A program made the translations under genes and the position numbers. A stretch of 64,000 nt of DNA from Takakia lepidozioides (Eukaryota; Plantae; Bryophyta), in the NCBI GenBank assembly GCA_030704615.1, contig CM060732.1, forward strand, positions 71,982,001-72,046,000. Direction: 5' to 3'. Each line of letters opens with the position of its first letter. Within the stretch, counting starts at the first letter, position 1. The notes under the pieces were generated by a model. It saw only the letters and a list, made by a program, of their open reading frames with translations. It was not told where the DNA came from and ran no database searches. Of the stretch, positions 22,888 through 36,025 are shown piece after piece.

Positions 22888-24723
22888 ATGTCAAGTTACT
22901 ACGACCTCGATGATATTCTTATGGAAGATGAGGTTTGCGCTCACTCTTTATACTCTTTTGCTGGTTCTGTGAGTCTAGAAAGAGGGCGTGAACGTAAGCC
23001 AAGCGAACTAAAAGAAAAATGGAAGGTTGTTCACTCGTCCCTCACTACACAATTGATGCTGTGTTTTTGCAGCCTGTTTCTACCGTGTTTCAGCATGGAG
23101 CAAATGGCGTCGGCTTCCTAGATCCAGGATCTGAGGACAACAATGTACTGATTCTTTCCTCAACTTTAGCGAAGTGTCCAGGAGGGGGAAGAGAGAGGCA
23201 TACAGAAATGGTAGAGGTGCCAGGAAAGATCTCGGATCACATAGACCAAAAGTCACACACGAACAGAAGGATGGCTTCACACCTTGATTATTGTGTCTGG
23301 CAATGTATTCATGGGGAATGTATGTCTGTGCAGGTAGACAGAGGAGCAGTGGTAGACTTGCCGCTATGGTTGGCCAAAGATCTCTCCCAACGGCAGGTTG
23401 TCTATGTAAGGCTTCCAGGCTGCTTTAGTCAGAGGTACGAAATGCTGCCACCACTGTACTGGTTTCATTCCCCCTAGTCTAATGGTCCTGAAATACAAAG
23501 CCATTCATCTTGTTAATCCCTGGAGGCTGTCAAGCTGCTTGAAGAGTAGATCATGATGTATGGGTTTAGCAAGTAAAACTGAAATTAGGGATGTATTGGG
23601 CGTCTTTGCAGGGTGAGAAAGGAAGTGCAAGCAGACCCCGGATGCGTTGACCTTCGAAGTAAATGCTTCTACTTCTATGAGATGGGATGTAAATTAGCTC
23701 CCATGTAAGTTATTCACTTTATTTTGTGTTTTATTTTCGAAGAGGTTTGTGGATGGTAGTTTATGGTGGATCTTCCCTGATGAGATTGCTGGTGCCATCT
23801 ACGGGGAACAGAATAACAGATCCTACATTGGGCGAATTTCTCTTGACTACTCTGCAAGGCCGGTACAAGGACTTGCTTTGCAAGGCACTTACAGCAACAG
23901 TAACCGGAACCCCCAAGTTCATGCACCGTCTTACCCGGGAAGAAACCCGAAGTAAGATCACAATCACAGTTTGGTATAAGTGCTATTTCACTTCTCATTT
24001 AATCAGGGTGTTATATGCCAGTTCAGTTCCTGTGGACGTGCAAGCATTTTTGTCCAGCACAGCACAATTTTCAATTCGGATTGCATGTAGGTGTTTGAGG
24101 CGATGAAGGTGGTTGCATTCTCATATTTCTGAGAATCTATCAGTGTAGAGGTTACCTGTGCTTGTTGAGGTCATCCTTGCCTGGATCCTCCCTCATAAGC
24201 TATTTGAGCTTTCTGTGGACGATATAAAGTTTCATTTTTATTTCAGCTCTCTCTCAGTGGTACATGGTGTAAGTTTGAGGGTACACTAGCAATGCTGATA
24301 TTGACATCATGCTTTTTGTTCGTGACATCAATGCTGCTTGGGTTCGACTTCACAATCAATCCTCTGAACCATAGAAATGTTAACTGTGGCCTGAGTTTCA
24401 CTATTCTGCTGGGTTGAAATCCCTCTCTCTAAGGACGTTGCTATTAGTATTGTGGCAATTATTTGGGATGGTTTCTATGCTTTGCTGGGTGTGAAACTCC
24501 ATGATGGGTCTCAGCAGTTGATATCCTGTAGGCCTATGCTCTCAAACCCTGTTTGCAGGGAGCAGTAAAATCTGACATGAATGTGGCTGGTTGTGACTCA
24601 GTGTTTGAGGCAGGGAGGAACTCCATGAGATCTTTTCAAAAATGGCGACGTCAAGGCCCGAGGTTAGAAAAGGCTTCAGTTTTAGGAAGAAAGAGGAAGA
24701 GGCAAAATGCCCTCCTCTTGTGA
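22888..24723 (+). CDS. PSF3: GINS complex subunit PSF3; exons 22888-22932, 23073-23144, 23334-23434, 23612-23704, 23812-23951, 24602-24723
   Basis: MSSYYDLDDILMEDE, VDLPLWLA, VQADPGCVDLR..CFYFYEMG, RLTREE, FEAGR.SM..FQKW, basic tail. All five GT-AG introns are phase-consistent. Confidence 0.95.
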
Positions 24724-27207
24724 AAATGTATTATACGTAGTAGTTCAACAAATGTCAATTACTTCTGATTCTTGCTGGGAATAAAAGAAACCAGAATCTG
24801 TCACCATTCTCATGGCCTTTTCTGACTATTGCTTCTGCAATGTACGACTCAATGTTGTTGAGAATGTACAGTTGGGGCTAGGGAATCCAACAGCATGCAA
24901 GGGGCCTGAAAACATGCACCCTATTCACTCTTTTTCAGATGCCTCTGAACATATCTTGTTGAACAAGTGCTTCAACCTATCATGTATTGTACTACTCAGG
25001 TTGTTGAGTTGGCAAGAAACTGAGAAAACAGCCTTTGGAACATCTTTGGCACATGGATAGAGCAGGTTTGTTTGCTATTGTTGTTTCTCTCCCTCCCTGG
25101 ACGTCAATGAGTAAAACTTGACCTCTTGTTTATTCAGTGGTGCAATTACAGCCACATTGGTCACCTCTTCTTGGGCACAGGAATTGTGGTTGTGATGCAG
25201 CCAACTTCCTGCTTCTAGTACGTTGTCAAGCCCCTTTAGCTGGTCATGAACAATCTTCTTCTGAGTTGCAAAACTTGATGGAATTTAACGACCAACCCTG
25301 GGAGGACTAGGTCCTCCACTGTGTTCCTCAGCTTTGCAGGAGGCAATCCAAGAAGAGGGGTTAAGTTGTGGGTCGTTACCCTAAAGTTGGCAAGAGAGGA
25401 GATGTTGCAACAAGCATCATCACCATGCCAAAACCTTGTCCTCATTCTCCCCATGAGAGGCTTGCAGTGTCAGACTCTGTGCAGTTGTGAAAGGTTGGCC
25501 ATGGTAGTAGCAAATGGCTGAAGAACAAGCTCTGAGCTGTGTAAACCAATTGTACTGCTGCGAGATTTCTGAAGTGAATGGATCCATACACTGTTAGTGC
25601 TATAGCTAGCCAAGCTGCAAGGAAATGCAGGAAAACTGCAGAAGTAGTGGAGGAACTGAGCGTTGATATGACTTGGTTGATAACTGAAATGTTTCATAAC
25701 AAGGCATACCGAGGCATTCCAGGTTAGTGGTGCATGCCAGCTGGGGCTCACTTGATATTTTTCAATCTTCCAAAGTCCTCTAAATCACAGGCCAGCAACA
25801 GTTGTGAGATACTAATATTCCATGTGAAGAAAAAGTTATCAGGGGGTTAACCACAAAAACCCAGGATTGGAGGGGGAAGTCTCCTATCCAATGATCACTA
25901 ATAGGGAAGTGCAGTTTGCATGTTATCTGGTTTCAGCTGCTTCCAAGTCTTCTTCTTTCCCCCCATTTGAACAAACATAGACGGTATCGAAAGCCGTGGA
26001 TTGTGCTGCAAACTTCTGATGCTTCTGTAGGCCTCCCACTGTGGGAGCTGGCCTATATTTGCTTCTCTTTGAGAATTTGGCAAGACCACACCTGCTGAGC
26101 AGATATCCAAGCATCAACTACTCCATCTTTGAGGCGAGAGGCCTCATTGCAACAACCCTTTTCTGCAAACTAACAATGCCTGCAGAGCTGGGCTCGAATC
26201 CCATCAACGCATCCTTCATTCTTGACTAAGGCCAGCAAGTCAAAGTGGCCTAGTCTGCCTTCTTGACTTTCAATCCTACCAATTAAGGAACTTCACACTT
26301 TTCCCTCGGTTTCAAGTTGAGTCGATCTGGCATTCACATTGTTGTCGCTTCCTCCCTGTAGGCCCCAGGGGCTTTTTAAGTACCTTCATGGAGGTAATGT
26401 ATTCCAAATTACCTTGCTGGAGGTACATAGCACTTGCTTACACTGTGAGGGTTATGGAAAAAGACGCGCACTCCGGAAATTAATGGACGAACTTCGTTGA
26501 GTCAAGCATGGATGAAACACGGGACAGGCATGTGCCCCCCACTTTCGCACGTTCTAAACACCCCTACTAAAAGTAAGATTATATCAATCAGCCCATCCAA
26601 AACCCTCGATTTCTTCCAGCCGTCTTAACTTAATTAAGAGAAAGAGGGTTATATAAACTCCAACAGGAAGGATGGATGATGTCATCCGTGTGAAACGGTA
26701 GGACCGTCCGTTGGTAGGAAGGCAGTCCACTCGTCCACACTGGCTTTATTGGCCGCTCACGGGGTTGTTGGTTGTTGGCCGTCCTTCCGTACTTTCGCCA
26801 CAATTCACCCCATTCTTGTTTCGCCAGCCACAGGGTACCTCCGGGGTAAATTATGGCGAAACTGAGAATGGATGGGAAACTTCCCGCTTTCATCAACAGT
26901 GTTGACTGTCAAGTGCCAAGAAACAAATTGTCCGACATTGTCTATTATTTACTATTATTATTATTCATTTTTTATTTTATTTTTTTGAATTGGAAGAGTA
27001 TTTGTTTTCGTACTACCTACTATATTTTTGATCGTGCAAGGAACATGTCGAGAATATAGAGGCATATAAGACGAACCTACACCAAAAGGGCGCCCTAAAA
27101 TGCGAGAAAAGCAAATGTGAGGAGCTTAGCGCTCTGTGAGATACGACAAATGCAAGAGCGGCTCGTGTGCGTTTATATGCTTATTTCTTACGTCTATATA
27201 TACTAAT

Positions 27208-27363
27208 AGCCATGGTAGATCAAAATTTACCTTCCGCTCTTACCTTTTCACTGCTTGTGATAGCCGGGGTAGATCTCATCTCACTTTTCGCTTTTACCTT
27301 TTCACTGCTTGTGTGAGCCGGGGTAGATCTCATCTCACTTTTCGTTTTTACCTTTTCACTGCT
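27208..27363. repeat. 54-bp tandem repeat, about three copies
   Basis: Units start at 27208, 27262 and 27316: AGCCGGGGTAGATCTCATCTCACTTTTCGCTTTTACCTTTTCACTGCTTGTG.. Confidence 0.9.
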
Positions 27364-28517
27364 GGTCCTCCAAGGTCTCCAGCGATGGCGGAAGAGGTCG
27401 CGCGCTCTTTTTCGACGTTCTTTCTCTCAGGCCATCGTCGTTCCTCGAAGTCTGGGCCGACTCGGCGCTCATCACTGCTCGCTTCTCTGTGTGTAATGGA
27501 AGGACGGTATTAATATGTTTCGGTAGGTTGTCTGTCTTCACTTTGCTTCCCTACATTGGAGCTGTTCGTCTATATTCTTTGCTGATTTCTGCTCTGGGAG
27601 TTGGGCAATCCCTCTATACGAGGATATCGTTTCTTGTGTGTTGAACCTCGTGGTGATACCTGATTGTTCTACATTGTAGTTCTCTGGAATGTTTGAGCTG
27701 GAGCAGGCATTTGAGGCCCTGGCAGCAACACCAGTTGTATGTCTCAATTGTACGTCACTTTCCTGATCTCAGGTTGCTTTGTGAAGCTTTGCGTGTGTGT
27801 GCGCACTTAATAAGATATGTCGCGGATTTTGAAGGTAGCCATGTAGCGCATTGTCAGCCCGAAATCTTAGACCGGTCAGCCCGGAGAGTTACTCCTGAAG
27901 GAACTCATGACACAGGTGATGAGGGAGTGAGTACGTAATTGTAGCACGGGAGCAGTTGCTCACTCAGGTTCAAGTTGTCGGGACTTTTCACTTAGCGAAA
28001 CGTCACGGTTTGATTGCATCCACAAGCACGCAAGATTTTACACGAACATTTCTAGTTTAATACTTCACGGCCTCTAGTCGCATTGTAACCGGGCCTGTCT
28101 GATGGTGTCTGTTTGCAGAGTACTCCATTTTCACGATTTCCCGCTTTTGTCAAGAACTGAGTGACAAATAATTATCGTCCGTAGCTTCAGATCGAAGACC
28201 AACCGGTGGAGGCACAGCTTCTCTAGGCTTCAGTTGCCACAGGGCATGCTGGGCGATGGCGGACTGTTGTGAGATTGTGGAATGCTTTCATGTATGCCGC
28301 CAGACATGATACACTGTTGACATTATTTAGTTCTGCGGCGAAGTTTTGGGGCAGGAAACTCTTTTCTCTGAGAGAAGCACCTTCAAGTTTCTCATCAGTG
28401 CTCAAGCTATATAATAGCAGGAAGCCTGAGAATGCAATAACTATGTAAACGCACAAGCAGGGACAGAGTCTCAGAGAGGATACCTGAAACTGTTATTTCC
28501 TTCTTCCAGTTCAAAGC

Positions 28518-31500
28518 ATGGCGTCATACTGGACATGGATGTGGCTGACAGCGGTGGTTACTATGTTGGCTGTGGCCTCAGCTGAAACTTGCAGTACAAG
28601 TTATTCGTCCAGGAACTTCGCAACTTGTAAGCAATTGCCAGCCTTAGGAGCCACTCTTGCCTGGACACTCTACGAAAACAACAACACCATAGATTTTGCT
28701 TTTTCAGGTACGTCCTGCGGGGAACAAACTCTTTCCGCATTTGCTGCATGCATTAGTGTTTAGTTCCCCTGTTGGTGTTATTGTGCCTTGATGTTGTTCG
28801 AACATTGTTGATAGCCTCCTTTGCGATCAGTAGTCTGAGCCCCAAGAAAGAGCCGTTCCTGGGGGAGAGGAGAATCCGGCCTAAGCCTGGAACCTAAATA
28901 AGATCCGCTGCCCCTTGCACCCTTCCGGGTGTTTCTCCGGGTGACCTGGGACTGGATTAGTTGGGCTACAATCAGTGTGGATTTTTGTTGTACACTTTCC
29001 TATAGTCTCAAAATGTTGACGCTGGAGGACAATGTTTGGGAAATCGGCATTGGGATTTTTGCAGATGCCGCACCAAGTGCTAGTGGATGGGTGGGATGGG
29101 GCATCAATCCAAAATCTGCTACCATGGCTGGCACACAGGCCCTCATTGCCTTTCAGGACTCAAACGGAACTGTGGTGAAAACATACAATGTGACCAGTGC
29201 AAACCTGAATTTTTCTCCCCTCACACCAGGCAAAGTTGGGGTTAACTTCACAGATACTAAAGCAGAGATGGTGGGGTCACAAGTGACAATTTATGCGACC
29301 TTGCATCTTCAACCAGACCAGTCACTTGACTTGATTCATGTGTGGAACCGTGGTTCTACCGTCACTCTCAGCACCTCACAGCCAGCTGCACATGCCTTCG
29401 CCGCTGAAAACCTAGCCAGTGTATCTTCTATTACTATGTCGACTGGAGCTAGCACCAGCATACAGATTCCACACCAGAGATTGAAAAATGTGAGTGGCTT
29501 TGCACAGCTTATAGCCCACACTTTCAGCAGCTTGTCCTTGCTTTGTATTTTCAGGCCTGGTTTTGCTAGGCTATCTCTGTCTACCCTGCACGCTGTAATC
29601 TTCTTGAAATGCGAGGATTTGTGCCAGTCTCATTCTAACTGGTCGTCTTACAAGCCATGTCTGTTGCCATGAGATTGTCTGATGAAAATGAAGTTAGGCA
29701 GAAAACTTCCTTGAACTCGTTTCCAGTCTGTGACATGGGGGAGGACATCATGGATGACCTCACTCTAGGCACTAGACTGAAATTCAAACTCAGGGCAGGA
29801 AGCTTACAGCAAACAGAAGTAGAGAGGAAAGGGAGAGTGCAATTGCCCGTTGTGTGGGCAACCTGAAGACAGTAATCATTTTCTGATACACTGTCCGGGG
29901 TTCTCTCACCAAAGAGACGCTCTCTTCAAATCTATCAAGGGAATTGTGCCTGTACCCCTGTTTACTAACTTTGAAAGTCTCGAGGCTGAGCCAAAAGCCC
30001 AGGCCCTTCTGAGGCCTAGTTTTTGGGCAAATCACACACATCAGATTGATGCTTGTGTGAAGGGATTTCTAGAGGATATCTGGAAAACCCGGATTAATTC
30101 CATATATGAAGGTAAGTCTTACTACCAACGTCAGCCCCTGACAGAGGTAGGTTCTGTCCCTTTTGTTTCCGCTCAAACTGGGCGCAGGTCAATGGCCACA
30201 TGGCTACGGCAAACAACGTCTTATGAATACATTCTAACTGGTCGTCTTACATTTTCTAATTTAGAAGTTGGTTTGGCAATTACATCCAGTAGCATATTTG
30301 TCCTGATTCTATCCAGATGAGTAATCAACAACTGTGGGATACCGGCCGGTACTCTTGCAGACCAACAGTTTTGGAAATCCTTTCGTTTGATGCAAAACAA
30401 GTCAACCATGTAACTTTACTGACTAAGTGCCACAAAAGAGTAAATGCTCTGTCCCTCTGGTAATTGGTTTCCAGCCATGCAAGGCCCAGGTTGAGTTTTT
30501 CTCTTAGGCATCCAGGCACAAGCTTCCATGTGCAGCAGAATAGATGGAACCTGAACGGTGAGGTTAAGGGGTTTCAGCATTTTGCTTAGTTGTTGAATGT
30601 CCACCTGGGACTGTTGGTCCTTTCAGTTTTCTTTTGTGTGCAAGACATATTTTAGTTCCTTAGCTGCTGTCCTTCTGTGTGGGAGTCCTGCAGGAGTCTC
30701 CACCAGTAAACACCCAACTAATTTCCTCCCTGATGCAGTGATATAGGACAAAATCAAACCTGAAAAACAAGTGTAGTGAGTAACTGGTTTTGTTGCCGCA
30801 CTCATTTCAGAGGCATGGAATTATCAGTGCGGTATCCTGGGGGATACTCCTTCCGGTGGGCGTGATGTCAGCTCGATATCTGCGCCCTTTATCACCCGAC
30901 GGTCAACTGTGGTTCTACGTGCATGTCACCTGCCAGTGCATCGGCTATATCCTGGGTGTGCTGGGCTGGGCCATTGGTCTCAAACTCGAGAGCTACAACA
31001 AGAACGCTGTATTCTATAAACACAGGAATTTGGGCATTTCCATCTTTGCTTTAGCTACCCTACAGGTATAAGCCTCCCCACCTTCGTGATCTCTTCGCTA
31101 TTGCAACTCTGTATCTACCATGGCAGATGCTGGGTGTTGTGGTGAGGCCCTCACAGGTAAAATCCTCCCCACCATCCCCACGGCATACTCTCTTTGTGTT
31201 GCAGATCTGATACCTCTGCTATGGCAGGTGATGGCTATACTGTTGAGGCCCAAAAAAGACCACAAGGTGCGAAAGTACTGGAATATCTACCATTATACAC
31301 TTGGTTACACGACTATCATCCTTATCATAGTCAACATTTTTGAGGGAATCAAGATCTTGGCACCTGGCAACGGTTGGAGGCGTGCCTACATTGTGATCAT
31401 TGCCGTCTTGGGTGGCATTAGCCTGCTACTTGAGATTGTCAGCTGGGTTGTTTGGTTTCGACGTCGCCAACAAACCCCTTCCAAGAGATCGGACCAAATT

Positions 31501-31563
31501 CAGGAAACCCAATATGCCGGGAATGGGAATGGGAATGGGGTGCATAATGGGCAAAGGATTTGA
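28518..31563 (+). CDS. DOMON and cytochrome b561 domain protein (CYBDOM/AIR12-like); exons 28518-28707, 29065-29489, 30811-31065, 31228-31563
   Basis: Signal peptide; DOMON motif GWVGWGINP...MAGTQALIAF; b561 motifs RHGIISAVSWGILLPVG, WFYVHVTCQ, HRNLGI, RKYWNIYHY. Phase-consistent GT-AG introns. Confidence 0.95.
29640..30220 (+). mobile_element. 3' remnant of a LINE (C-terminal CCHC finger) in CYBDOM intron 2
   Basis: KFKLRAGSL...CPLCGQPEDSNHFLIHCPGFSHQRDALF...FLEDIWKTR, the typical C-terminus of non-LTR ORF2. Confidence 0.7.
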
Positions 31564-32179
31564 AGTTTGTTGCATAGAGCCTGGGAATTTGAGAGAGGGG
31601 CACAGAAATGGGGAGCAAGTAATCCCATGCATAGAATAATTGCGCAAATGGAGGCTTGATAGACTCCATGATCTATCTCAGAAACTCGTAATCTTGATAA
31701 TCAGGAACCAAGGCTGTTAGGACGCGAAGAGAGACAGAAATTCCTGGCCTGCTGGGGCAACAGCGTTAGGCTGTGTTACCAGCGGCTGGTTTTGAATCCA
31801 CCGGAGATCCCAGGCTGTAACCGTCATTTATGATTTCGAGGAAGTACTGTGGAGCTTTTTCTACATCAGAGCACTTGTAAATATATATGCAGATAGGCCT
31901 GTGCAAAACGTGGACTTTTGTGAGTCTTCTGTGATTGAGCAGTTGTACCTTGAAGCTGATCCAGGGGAGGGACCGCAAACGCTTTCCATAATACATAACA
32001 AGCTCATTGAAGGAAAGTTTTTGATTTTTATTATAATTTGACCCCAGGTCATCTAGGTGGCACTTTATACACTATCCAACTAAGCTACTGACTGGTGGTA
32101 GTTCTACCACTCACCATACATGGAAAGAAATGTCATTAAGCATGCAGCCAGTTGTAGTCTAATCTATGAAATACCAGGC

Positions 32180-32580
32180 AATTGCAAATGCAACTCAAAC
32201 GTTTTGCCCCAGTCCTCGCTCGCCTCAAGGCAAAGCTCTCCTACTGGGGCACGGCCCTCTCTATCACCGGCAGAGCTCTCATTGCTAACCAAATCTTGTT
32301 GGCCTCTACCTGGTTCATTGCCTCTATGGGACCCTGGCGCATACCTTTGCAAGCAAATCAAATAGCTAATTAGAAACTTCATCTGGGGAACCCCCCACTG
32401 CGGGTCACAATCGTCGGGCTCTCCTCTCCTGGGAACAGATTTGTATGAGCAAAAAGCACGGGATCTCGGTATGCTAGACTTTGAATTGCAGGTCAACGCC
32501 CTTCTGCCCAAATGGCTCCGAATCATGAGCGGCGAAAGCACTGAACACACATGGAACATCTGGAGTCCATTAAGATACTG
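32180..32580 (+). mobile_element. L1-type LINE ORF2 fragment (post-RT region)
   Basis: LARLKAKLSYW..LSITGRALIANQILLASTWF...RNFIWG...GLGMLDFELQVNALLPKWL, with frameshifts. Confidence 0.8.
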
Positions 32581-32685
32581 AAGGGCAGAGGGCATGACTC
32601 CAATGTAGAAATTGCCACCCTTTCCTCATGTTGACTGTATTCGGAGATACTGAAATGATCATAAGATATGTGACGGTGCTCAAAC

Positions 32686-32868
32686 CTGTAAATTTGGTCT
32701 TCATGGAGCCTTGACAAGAGACGTTGGATAAACCTTGCTGTTGACTCAGAATCACTGCCAAAGGGCTTCTCTACAATCAGGCGCGTCCACCCCTTCTTGC
32801 TTTGTGCATAATTACTTGAGCAATTGGCCACATCTGTTACCACCTCAGGTGGTACTGATAAAGATGCG
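32686..32868 (-). pseudogene. G6PD: Orphan exon of glucose-6-phosphate dehydrogenase
   Basis: LSVPPE....A...S..AQSKKGWTRLIVEKPFGSDSES...L..LHEDQIYR followed by a GT donor. No other G6PDH exons seen in the window. Confidence 0.85.
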
Positions 32869-33027
32869 GTTTGTATGGTCCCTGTTTCTCTAGAAGACCC
32901 CCTGACCTTCATGGAAAACACTTCTAGACTCCTAATCAACCGTAAGACAGGTCCTTATTATCCTACTAAACAGCTTGCCAACTCCACTAAGTTGTTATAC
33001 AGAGTGAAATGATACCCTCCCTCCAGG

Positions 33028-33028
<1 letters not shown>

Positions 33029-33060
<32 letters not shown>
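33029..33060. repeat. (GA)n microsatellite; a second one lies at about 34038-34057
   Basis: Directly visible. Confidence 0.95.
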
Positions 33061-33062
<2 letters not shown>

Positions 33063-33188
33063 CTTGATCCGAAGCCTGATGGATACATTCCTCACCCTGG
33101 CCAACAGGGGAGTTCGGACAGTCTTGCAAGTCATTCATCCAAAACACCAAAGTTAGAAAAATTGGTCTGCGACTCATTTCACATTTCC

Positions 33189-33965
33189 TCACGAGTAATC
33201 ACCACAAGAACACACCCCATTCCTAAAGTGATGGAAGCGATTGGCATCCCTTGCACAATCTCTCACCCAACAAGCTTGGAGATGAATTTGATGGCGGTGT
33301 GACAATCACCACATACCCCAAGGTTCTTGATTATGCGGATAGGTGTCCCAGGAGACGTGCTGATGAGCCCAAAAGCAAGGGCCAGCTTTTCGCTGGGGTG
33401 GCAGATAGCTTGTTCCTTGGTATGTTGATCCAAATCATATGTGACAAATTGCGTGTCAGGCACATATCTGGCTGTCTAGTCAATCTGTCCAACTCAGCAT
33501 AGATGTCCTTAGTTTGTGGGTGTGATGTATCTTCTACAACAAATGTGTGTATCCTATTATTGACCTCAATCCAGCTGCACCCTGGCTCCTTTTGCACACC
33601 TCTGTACTGCATTTCTTTCCTGACCTTTGCTACATCATCGCACTTCCCAGCTGCAGCATAAATGTTTCAAAGCAGCACATACACTCCAGCATTTTCTGGT
33701 TCCATATAGAATACATTTTGCGGCCCGTTCTGCAAGCTCAACATTGCCAGGGATTCTGCAACCGCCAAGCAAGGCTCCCCATTGTACAGCACTTGGTTCA
33801 AATGGCATTTTGTTGATAAGGTCCTCTGCCTCATCCAACCGCCTACGCAGCCAAGAACATCAATCATGAGGCCATAGTGCTTTTCTTCTGGAGTAATGCC
33901 ATGATCACGACTCATAGAGAGGAAGAAATGACGGGGTTCATCCACTAGACCCACGTGGCGTTCAG
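33189..33965 (-). pseudogene. PLS-class PPR E/E+/DYW RNA-editing factor pseudogene (C-terminal part only)
   Basis: [76 protein letters not shown]. Stops and frameshifts; zinc-ligand His changed to Pro and DYW changed to DYS. Confidence 0.93.
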
Positions 33966-34398
33966 ACAGTTCACAAAGAAAGACGGACTGACTCCCATGG
34001 CCACTGATTCTCAGTAGCGCCAAAGGAAAACCCGCAAAGAGAGAGAGAGAGAGAGAGGGGTGCAAGGGTCAAGAATCTCATGAAGCCATGCCACTACGAG
34101 AAATGATCTTCACAAAACTGGCACTCCGACATACATTCGAGTGCATAGAAATACTTCACCATACTTTAGCGGCTGAAGTTTTCTGTCTTTAGGAGTTCAC
34201 TGAACACACGTTACAAGTAGACAGAATACCGAACACAATCATACTGGCTACTTTTCTTCGAATAAAACTGTCTATCCCCACAAAAGGGGAAGAACATCTC
34301 GACCAGAATACTGCGTATAGTCTTGCAGTAAGTCTCTCTCTCAAAATACTGGTTATTTCCCAGCTCTAAAACACAAAAAGAGAATCTGGCCCCTTACA

Positions 34399-34962
34399 CT
34401 AGAGCTCATCCTCCATGCGCAAGTACTCCCCGAGGTCTGCCTGATGCAAGGCTACAATATCAGTCGGGTCCAATTTGCGGCAGTCCTGCGTAGACTTCGC
34501 TGCCAGCCCAAACCCTAGCGGTACATCCGACATGGAGTAGATCACCACCCCTTGGTACTGAGGGGTGTTGTCCGTAATCCTTCCCAGCCCACTTTTCAAA
34601 ACATTGTTCCCATACAGGAATGACATCTCTGCCGACGGCTTGAGCCATATCTTATGCTTGGCATGAGCGGCAAGGAGGTCAAGGCAAGTCACTGTGAGCC
34701 GAAACTTACCGCTCTTCGTAAATTTCCCCAGACAGGTCCCCAGACCAAAGAGCTTCTCTCGTCCAACATTAGTAGCCCGCTTCACGAGAGCCTCGCTCAC
34801 ATAGTAGACCCGCTGCTTGTGAAGACGAAAGCAATAACCCCCAGGAGTCCCATCAGGGCCTTCATGAGCGGGGCGCTCAATCAAGTGCCGCAGGTTACTG
34901 CCCACAAATTTGTGCAGCTTTTCCAGCACTTGTGTCGTCTCTGCCTCGTCCAGGGGACGCAT
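34399..34962 (-). CDS. NIP7: 60S ribosome subunit biogenesis protein NIP7, intronless
   Basis: MRPLDEAET...[13 protein letters not shown]...[15 protein letters not shown]...[29 protein letters not shown]...[10 protein letters not shown]. Confidence 0.97.
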   Translation of the reverse strand: MRPLDEAETTQVLEKLHKFVGSNLRHLIERPAHEGPDGTPGGYCFRLHKQRVYYVSEALVKRATNVGREKLFGLGTCLGKFTKSGKFRLTVTCLDLLAAHAKHKIWLKPSAEMSFLYGNNVLKSGLGRITDNTPQYQGVVIYSMSDVPLGFGLAAKSTQDCRKLDPTDIVALHQADLGEYLRMEDEL

Positions 34963-36025
34963 GCTGCTTTGATAATCGGTAGACGACGGCTGTTGGGATG
35001 CTGCTCTTCTCTTCTTCTTTGTCCTAGAACTGGCCTCACCTTTGTTTGTTGGCTCCTCCTACAGAGGGGAGACCACACAAGGGTGTCAAACAGATTGAAG
35101 ATCCTGTAGAATAGGTTCCTCAGTTAACACCTAAATTGAAGGTACGACCGACTTGTTCCTATGTTTGCATGTTCCCAGTTCCCATTGTTAACTACCTCCC
35201 TGTGGAGGTTTCATTTATAATTAATTTTTATGGAGGTAATGTTGTGGTGTGTGCATATTGGACAACTCCTCCGCTCCTTTGCCGTTGCTGCTCACTGACT
35301 CATTTGAAGGAGAAGAATCGGGTGGGCAGATGCACTCTCCCCTTGGCAGCGATTCTTGGGATTGAAACGCTTACTGTGTGAGTCATGCGTGGCTGCCGAT
35401 TGTATGCAATTCAGCGCTGTACATTTCTACTTTGCTGATGTCTGCTGCATTTGCCCCTCTTCCAGTTAGAACTTCAATCTCCTAATGTGAACAACATACA
35501 ACACGTGCATTGATGCAAAAGAGATTAGTCTGAAAGCAAGACATAAGTTCCCCTCTAAGTAACCAATCAAATACCTGAGAAAGCTGGCAATGATGCCATT
35601 TTGAACTGAAGCATAAAACATAAAATCCCCCTTCCCCTGTGATTCTGCCATTTATGGTTCGGAGATTCCACCAAAAACACAACTTTGCCTAGAAGTGCCT
35701 TGCCTCGTTAGTTCTTTCGCCTTGGAAACTCTCAGGTCAGTTTATGCGTACATTTTTTTCACTCAAATGTGGAGGCGGTATGCAGACATGCCCACCACCC
35801 GCTCTTTCTTTGCTTGTGGAGCTATTGAGAGCAAGCAGAACAGGGTGAGACCATCTTCTTTTTCAAAAACATTAGGCTTGGTTTTTCCCTCTTGTCAGAT
35901 TCATCCCTACTTTTCAGATGTCTAATTCTGGAAGTCAGCTCGTCCAGTGAATCCATGTTGGTTCTGAGTGTTTTTGCACGTTACTTCCAATGGGGTTGCA
36001 GGCATATATTTGCAAATTGGAAACA

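Noticed and set aside
24080-24110. AG/GTGTTTGAGGCG as the last PSF3 exon
   Set aside because: It gives an immediate in-frame stop; the exon at 24602 supplies the conserved C-terminus.
26470-26930. Possible MITE rich in GGATGA/CGTCC motifs
   Set aside because: Ends are too degenerate to define TIRs or a TSD.
27208-27363. Tandem repeats (also 40655-40770, 45648-45760, 63400-63660) as CRISPR arrays
   Set aside because: No unique spacers, no cas genes, and a eukaryotic context.
33189-33420. DYS terminus and HPSEK as a functional variant deaminase (for example a U-to-C type)
   Set aside because: Surrounding stops and frameshifts show decay, and each change is one substitution from the canonical DYW sequence.
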